Assembly: GCA_030390025.1 (NCBI GenBank)
Contig: CM059431.1
Span: 140,866,001 to 140,930,000 of the forward strand
Direction: 5' to 3'
Source: Squalus acanthias
Taxonomy: Eukaryota
Length of the DNA stretch: 64,000 bases
Shown: in pieces, positions 59,192-64,000 of the stretch
How the letters are laid out: each line of letters opens with the position of its first letter
Numbering within the stretch: position 1 is the first letter of the stretch
Notes under the pieces: model-generated
What the model saw: the letters and a program-made list of their open reading frames with translations, nothing else
Database searches by the model: none
Told to the model about the DNA's origin: nothing
Made by a program: the position numbers and the translations under genes

Positions 59192-62100
59192 CTTCTCTCT
59201 AACGAGGCAGCTCTATTTTATTAATTACCCAATTGAGCAGAGGGGAGAAAGCCACTCTCCCAATACCAATCATCAAAGGGAGAGGTGTGCCTTCATTTTT
59301 AAAACAACCCCCTCTGCTCGGGGAAAAGACAAAAAAAAACAAGGCCATTTCAACCATCACCCGGCCTGTGACTTGGGGTGGGTGTCGCCCTCTATAACAC
59401 GTCATTATGGCGAGCAGATCTTCGCCGGCGACGGGGCCAGCAAGGTCGTACACGGGTGTGGCAGCCACGGCCACAGCTGGCCCCGCTGCTTCTGCTGCCC
59501 CGTCGTCTTTCAGGCTACTGACCAAAAAACTGGGGGTGAAGAGCGACACTCACCCCAACATGATCATAGAAGCTTGCGTCAAAGCCATGGGTGGGGTAGT
59601 CGGCCCCTCAGCCATCGTAGCGTCCTCTAAAATGTTCAGAAAGGCTGTGTTCTTCCTGGGGTCGGAGCGTGCGGTGGCCCTGGCCATCATCAACGGGGCT
59701 CACCGTGGGCGGGACCTACCTGCCGGTGGATCCGCTCGAGGCCACCGCGCAGTGAATCATACTATCAAACGTCCCGCACTTTGTTCCGGTTGAGCTCCTC
59801 CTCCCCCACCTACGTCAACTGGGGGAGGTGAGGTCGGGGATTAATCCGATCCCGCTCGGCTGCAGGGATGCCAGCCTTCGGCACGTCTTCTCCTTCCAGC
59901 GCCAGCTGTTTATCCAGCTGGTGCGGGAGGAGGACACGGAGGGTGCATTTAGCGTCCAACATGAGGGGACCGCCTACCGCGTCTTCTGGACGTCGGAAGG
60001 TGTGCGGTGCCACGCCTGTAAGGATGTGGGGCACATAAGAAAGAACTGCCCCGCCTCCAAGGCCGCCAAAACATCTGAGGCGGCCAAGGCTGGCGCCGCC
60101 GCCACTCCTCTCTCTGTTTCTGTCCACGCGTCCGCGACACCCGAGGCGTGGTCGACGCCAGAGGTCGACGCCGTCGTGGCCTCTGGCAGAGGGGAGGGGG
60201 AGCATCCGATCGGAAGGAAGGCGCGGAAGAAAAGTAAACACCTTCAGGCGGTCCCCCTTGACGTACACGATGATTTACCCGAGCTTACGCACCCATACCT
60301 TGCGCAGGAAGCGGCGGTGCTCGAGAATGCGAGGGGCCTCGTGCCCGTGCCTGCGGCCGCAAACGCCAAGGCGGCAAGATCGAGACCTGCGGCCGTGACC
60401 GGGCCCGGGACCCCCGAGCAAACCGATCGACATGGGGGAGCGGAGGTGGAGGCCTCGGTACGCATGGAGGTCTCCCAACCTCCGTGTCCCTCCACACTGA
60501 AAAGGAGGCGCGACGCCCTGGAGGAGGAGGAGGAGGACCGCGAGGAACAGGGTCCCCCCTTGCAAGGGGAGTCGTCGCCCGCCGCGGGGGCTGCGCCCCC
60601 CCCCCCTACCGTCACCATCACCGACATCCGGCAGGGGTCGCCTGTCCCCCGGGAGGGCATGACAGAAGAGTCTGTCCAGCCTGTGCCTCCCGGGGATGGG
60701 GAAGAGACCCTGCTCATGGTGGGGGGGCCGCGTAACTACCCGCGGAGGGAGATTATACCGAACCGTTGTTTCTCGCCAGGTCGGGCGTCCTGGGGACCGA
60801 GGCGGGCGAGGACGATGAGGCTGAGCCGGGGTGGCTATCTTGCTGGACCTGCATTTTCAGCCGGAGATCTTGGGGGTCAAGGAGCATATGCCGAGCCGCT
60901 TGCTCCAGGTCACTGTTCACCTGGGGGGCGTGCCGCTCCATTTAGTGAGCATGTACGCCCCCCAGGCTGCTGCGCAGCAAGAGCGCTTCTTCGAAGAAGT
61001 GTCCGCTCTTGTGAGCGACGTCGGCGAGTGCGTCATCCTCGGGGGGGATTTTAATTGTGCCCTCGAGGCGAGAGAGCTTTTGGGTCCACTACGAAGCCTG
61101 GCGGCGATGGTGAAGTTGAAGGACCTGGTCGGGTCCTTCGACCTGGTGGACGTCTGGCGAAATCTCCATCCTGACTCCAGCGCCTTCACTTAGGTGGGGT
61201 CTGGAGGAGGAAGGTCCAGAATCGACCGCCTTTATAAATCTCGGGCGTACGTCTCCTGCATTCCGGCGGCTTCCATGCGGCCGGTGCCATGCATGGACCA
61301 CCACCTGGTGTGGGCGGAGCTCGCTCCGTTGCGGGCGCCGGGGAGGGTCCGCATACTGGCATTTTAACAAACTGCTGCTGGAGGACGCGCGGTTCCGGGA
61401 TTCGTTACGCTGGTTCTGGGCCAACTGGAGAAGGAAGCAGGGGGGCTTCCCCTCCTTGAGGCTATGGTGGGACGTGGGCAAGGCTCACTTCCGTCTCTTC
61501 TGTCAAGAGTATGCGAGGGGGTCGAACAAAAGGCAGGAGGCCCGGGTCGGGTTCTTGGAGAGGGAGGTGCTCGACCTGGAGTCCCGTCTCGGTCAAGTCG
61601 TCGAAGACCCGGCCCTGCGGAAGGAGTACGAAGAGAAGAAGGGCGCGCTGAAGGACCTGCACCTTGTCGGGTCCCGAGGCGCGTACGTGAGGTCGTGGAT
61701 CCAGTTCCTCCAGGAACTGGACCGCGGCTCCCCCTTCTTCTACTCGCTGGAAAAAAGACGAGGGTACCTATTACGGGGCTCTGTTCTCTCCGGATCCGTC
61801 CAGCGAGGATGCGCACAGAGTTTTGTGGGAGGTCCTGCCGAAGGTCGGCCCGGAGGGCGCCGAAGAATTGGACGCTCCGCTAAGCTTGGCGGAGCTGACC
61901 GGCGCCCTCGGCCAGCTCTCGAGAGGAAAGTCCCCGGGGCTGGACGGGCTGACCGTGGAGTTCCACAGGGCGTTCTGGGACGTCTTGGGGGCGACTACAC
62001 GCGGTTCCTGGGGGACAGTCTTGCGACCGGGGAGATGCCCCTCTCTTGGCGAAGGGTAGTTATCGTCCTGCTGCCCAAGAGGGGTGATCTCCGCCTTTTA

Positions 62101-62983
62101 AAAAACTGGCGCCCGGTCTCCCTCCTCAGCACGGACTATAAAATTTTTGCCAGGGCCATGTCTGCCCGCCTCGGCACCGTGCTGGCCCACATGATCCACC
62201 CCAACCAGTCCTACACGGTCCCGGGCCGGACAATCCACGACCACATCCATCTGGTCTGGGACCTGTTCCACCTTTCCCAGAGGGCTGGTCTGTCGGTCGC
62301 CTTCCTTTCCCTGGATCAGGAGAAGGCGTTTGACAGGTTGTATCACGAGTATCTTTTCGGAACTCTGCGCGCATTCGGGTTTGGGACACATTTTGTCGCC
62401 CGGATCCGACTTCTGTACGCAGCCGCAGAGTGTCTGATTAAAGTTAACGGGTCTTTGACGGCGTCCCATCGCTTTGGGAGGGGGGTTCGTCAGGGATGCC
62501 CCATGTCCGGTCAGTTATACGCCGTTTGCGTGGAGCCTTTCCTGCGCTTCTTGCGGAAGAGGTTGTCGGGACTGGCTCTGCAAGGGCTGGCCATGGAGGC
62601 CGTCCTCTCGGCTTACGCTGATGATGTGCTCCTCATGGTCACGGATCCCGTCGACTTGTGGAAGATGCAAGAATGCCAGCAGGTTTACTCGGACGCATCC
62701 TCCGCCAGGATCAACAGGGAGAAATGTTCTGGACTCCTGGTGGGCCAGTGGCGGGTGGACTCCCTGCCGGAGGAGTTCAGGCCCTTCGCCTGGAGCACAA
62801 CGCACCTCCTCTACTTGGGAGTCTACCTCGGCCCTGCCGAGGATACCTGGCCGGTGAACTGGCAAGAGCTGGAGGCCAAAGTCACCGCTCACCTAGGACG
62901 CTGGACGGGCTTGCTCCGAGTGTTGTCCTACAGGGGTCGAGCGCTGGTCATAAACCAGCTGATGGCCGCCATGTTGTGGTACC

Positions 62984-63198
62984 TGTCATAAATCGCAAGT
63001 AACAACTCAGGAAGTACTTCTGGGCGGCCAGCTGGGGCGCCGTCCAGGGAGTATAAATACTCAGGCATGGGCCCACCTTGGGCAGAGACAATCTGGAAAC
63101 AGGAAGCTAGTGACTGCTAACTGGACCTCCATGTTTTGTTACAAGTTGATTAAAGCCTTGCTTTATGTTCAAGTGCGTAGTGAGTCTTTATTACGTCA
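62984..63198 (+). repeat. 5' LTR (215 bp) of Gypsy element B
   Basis: TGT start fixed by the Tx1 breakpoint; TATAAATA 63052-63059; ATTAAA 63149-63154; ends TTACGTCA. Confidence 0.85.
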
Positions 63199-63298
63199 AT
63201 TTAATCAACTTGATATCGTCTCCACGCTTTGGGTGATTCGGAACAACCAGCTGCAACTCGAACCACAGAAGGGAACTAGGGCAAGAAACTGATCCATC

Positions 63299-64000
63299 AT
63301 GGAAAAACTCCTTAGACCCGCTCGTCTCGACCTGGACCCGAATGCACCTGCGGCAGCAAAGGTATGGAAGCATTGGTTTCGTACCTTTAGCAACTTTCTT
63401 GAAGAATGTGGGGCGGATGTCCCTAATAAGTTACGAATGCTTATCAACTACGTGTCTCCTCATGTGTATGATTATATTGAGGACTGTATAGTCTATGACA
63501 CTGCTATCGAAATCTTACAGCAGCTATATGTCAAGTCCCCAAATGAAATATTTGCTCGACACCTACTGGCCACAACTCGGCAGCAGCCTGGGGAATCACT
63601 CGATGAATTTCTCCAGAAACATCGCAGGCTCAGCAAGGATTGTAACCTTAAAGCAGTTACAGCTGAACAGTATCAAGAGGAACTAATCCGCGATTCCTTT
63701 ATCAATGGGATCGCGTCCCCTTTTATACGTCAGCGCCTGCTGGAAAATAAAACCCTCAATTTACGGGCTGCTTATGACCAGGCGTGTTCCTTGGACTTGG
63801 CCAAGAAAAATGCAGACACTTATCTCCCACCACGTGCACGGGCGGCGGCTATCTCCTTTAATGAGTCTTTCGGTAGGTCTCGGGCGGATGCCCCCACTGA
63901 TGTTGACTCTACTCTAACGGACGACGACCCTACCCTAGAGGCCTTCGCTGATGACGACCCCGCCCTAGCAGCATCCTGGCAATCAGGAAGAAAGTGTTTC
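63299..64000 (+). CDS. Gypsy gag N-terminus, open to window end (absent from the ORF track)
   Basis: MEKLLRPARLDLDPNAPAAAKVWKHWFRTF...SPFIRQRLLE...AASWQSGRKCF, collinear with the 4591 ORF; no stop in 234 codons. Confidence 0.92.
   Translation, partial: MEKLLRPARLDLDPNAPAAAKVWKHWFRTFSNFLEECGADVPNKLRMLINYVSPHVYDYIEDCIVYDTAIEILQQLYVKSPNEIFARHLLATTRQQPGESLDEFLQKHRRLSKDCNLKAVTAEQYQEELIRDSFINGIASPFIRQRLLENKTLNLRAAYDQACSLDLAKKNADTYLPPRARAAAISFNESFGRSRADAPTDVDSTLTDDDPTLEAFADDDPALAASWQSGRKCF

Larger units (their letters stand above)
55312..62983 (+). mobile_element. Tx1-clade element, copy B, head-to-tail after copy A; CR1 inserted in its leader, Gypsy inserted in ORF2
   Basis: Leader starts TACAAGGCCTACAATTCAGAGCAGCTG as in copy A; ORF1 from 59407 with CHACKDVGHIRKNC knuckle; deletion at ~60828 joins ORF1 to mid-APE; RT in 61456-62991. 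Confidence 0.92.
62984..64000 (+). mobile_element. Gypsy LTR retrotransposon B (5' part), related to element A
   Basis: Interrupts Tx1 ORF2 after ATGTTGTGGTACC; LTR then gag. Confidence 0.93.

Overview
Repeat-dominated eukaryotic DNA; the mix of CR1, L2, Tx1, Penelope and tRNA-SINE families plus a GPR139-like receptor points to a cartilaginous fish (inference). Host genes: an apparently intact two-exon GCNT-family beta-1,6-GlcNAc transferase (26581-31306), a two-exon GPR139-like class A GPCR (38594-40018), and probable decayed Ig-superfamily receptor exons on the minus strand (low confidence). Mobile DNA: two related Gypsy LTR retrotransposons (4329-~8520, uninterrupted gag-pol but no 3' LTR; 62984-window end), two head-to-tail Tx1-clade LINEs (49113-62983), many CR1 copies including a young one with an open ORF2, a Harbinger-type non-autonomous element, a Penelope fragment with a minimal hammerhead ribozyme, SINEs and a SINE-derived 33-bp minisatellite. 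Most notable: (1) both Gypsy elements lack a tRNA primer-binding site and instead carry a 12-13 nt sequence complementary to their own LTR poly(A)-signal region, suggesting self-priming, and the complete one has a YLDN RT motif; (2) a T_TTA_AAC slippery heptamer at the CR1 ORF1/ORF2 overlap, suggesting -1 ribosomal frameshifting; (3) a doubly truncated but open CR1 captured in a Tx1 5' UTR. Boundaries of degraded repeats are approximate and no database search was run.
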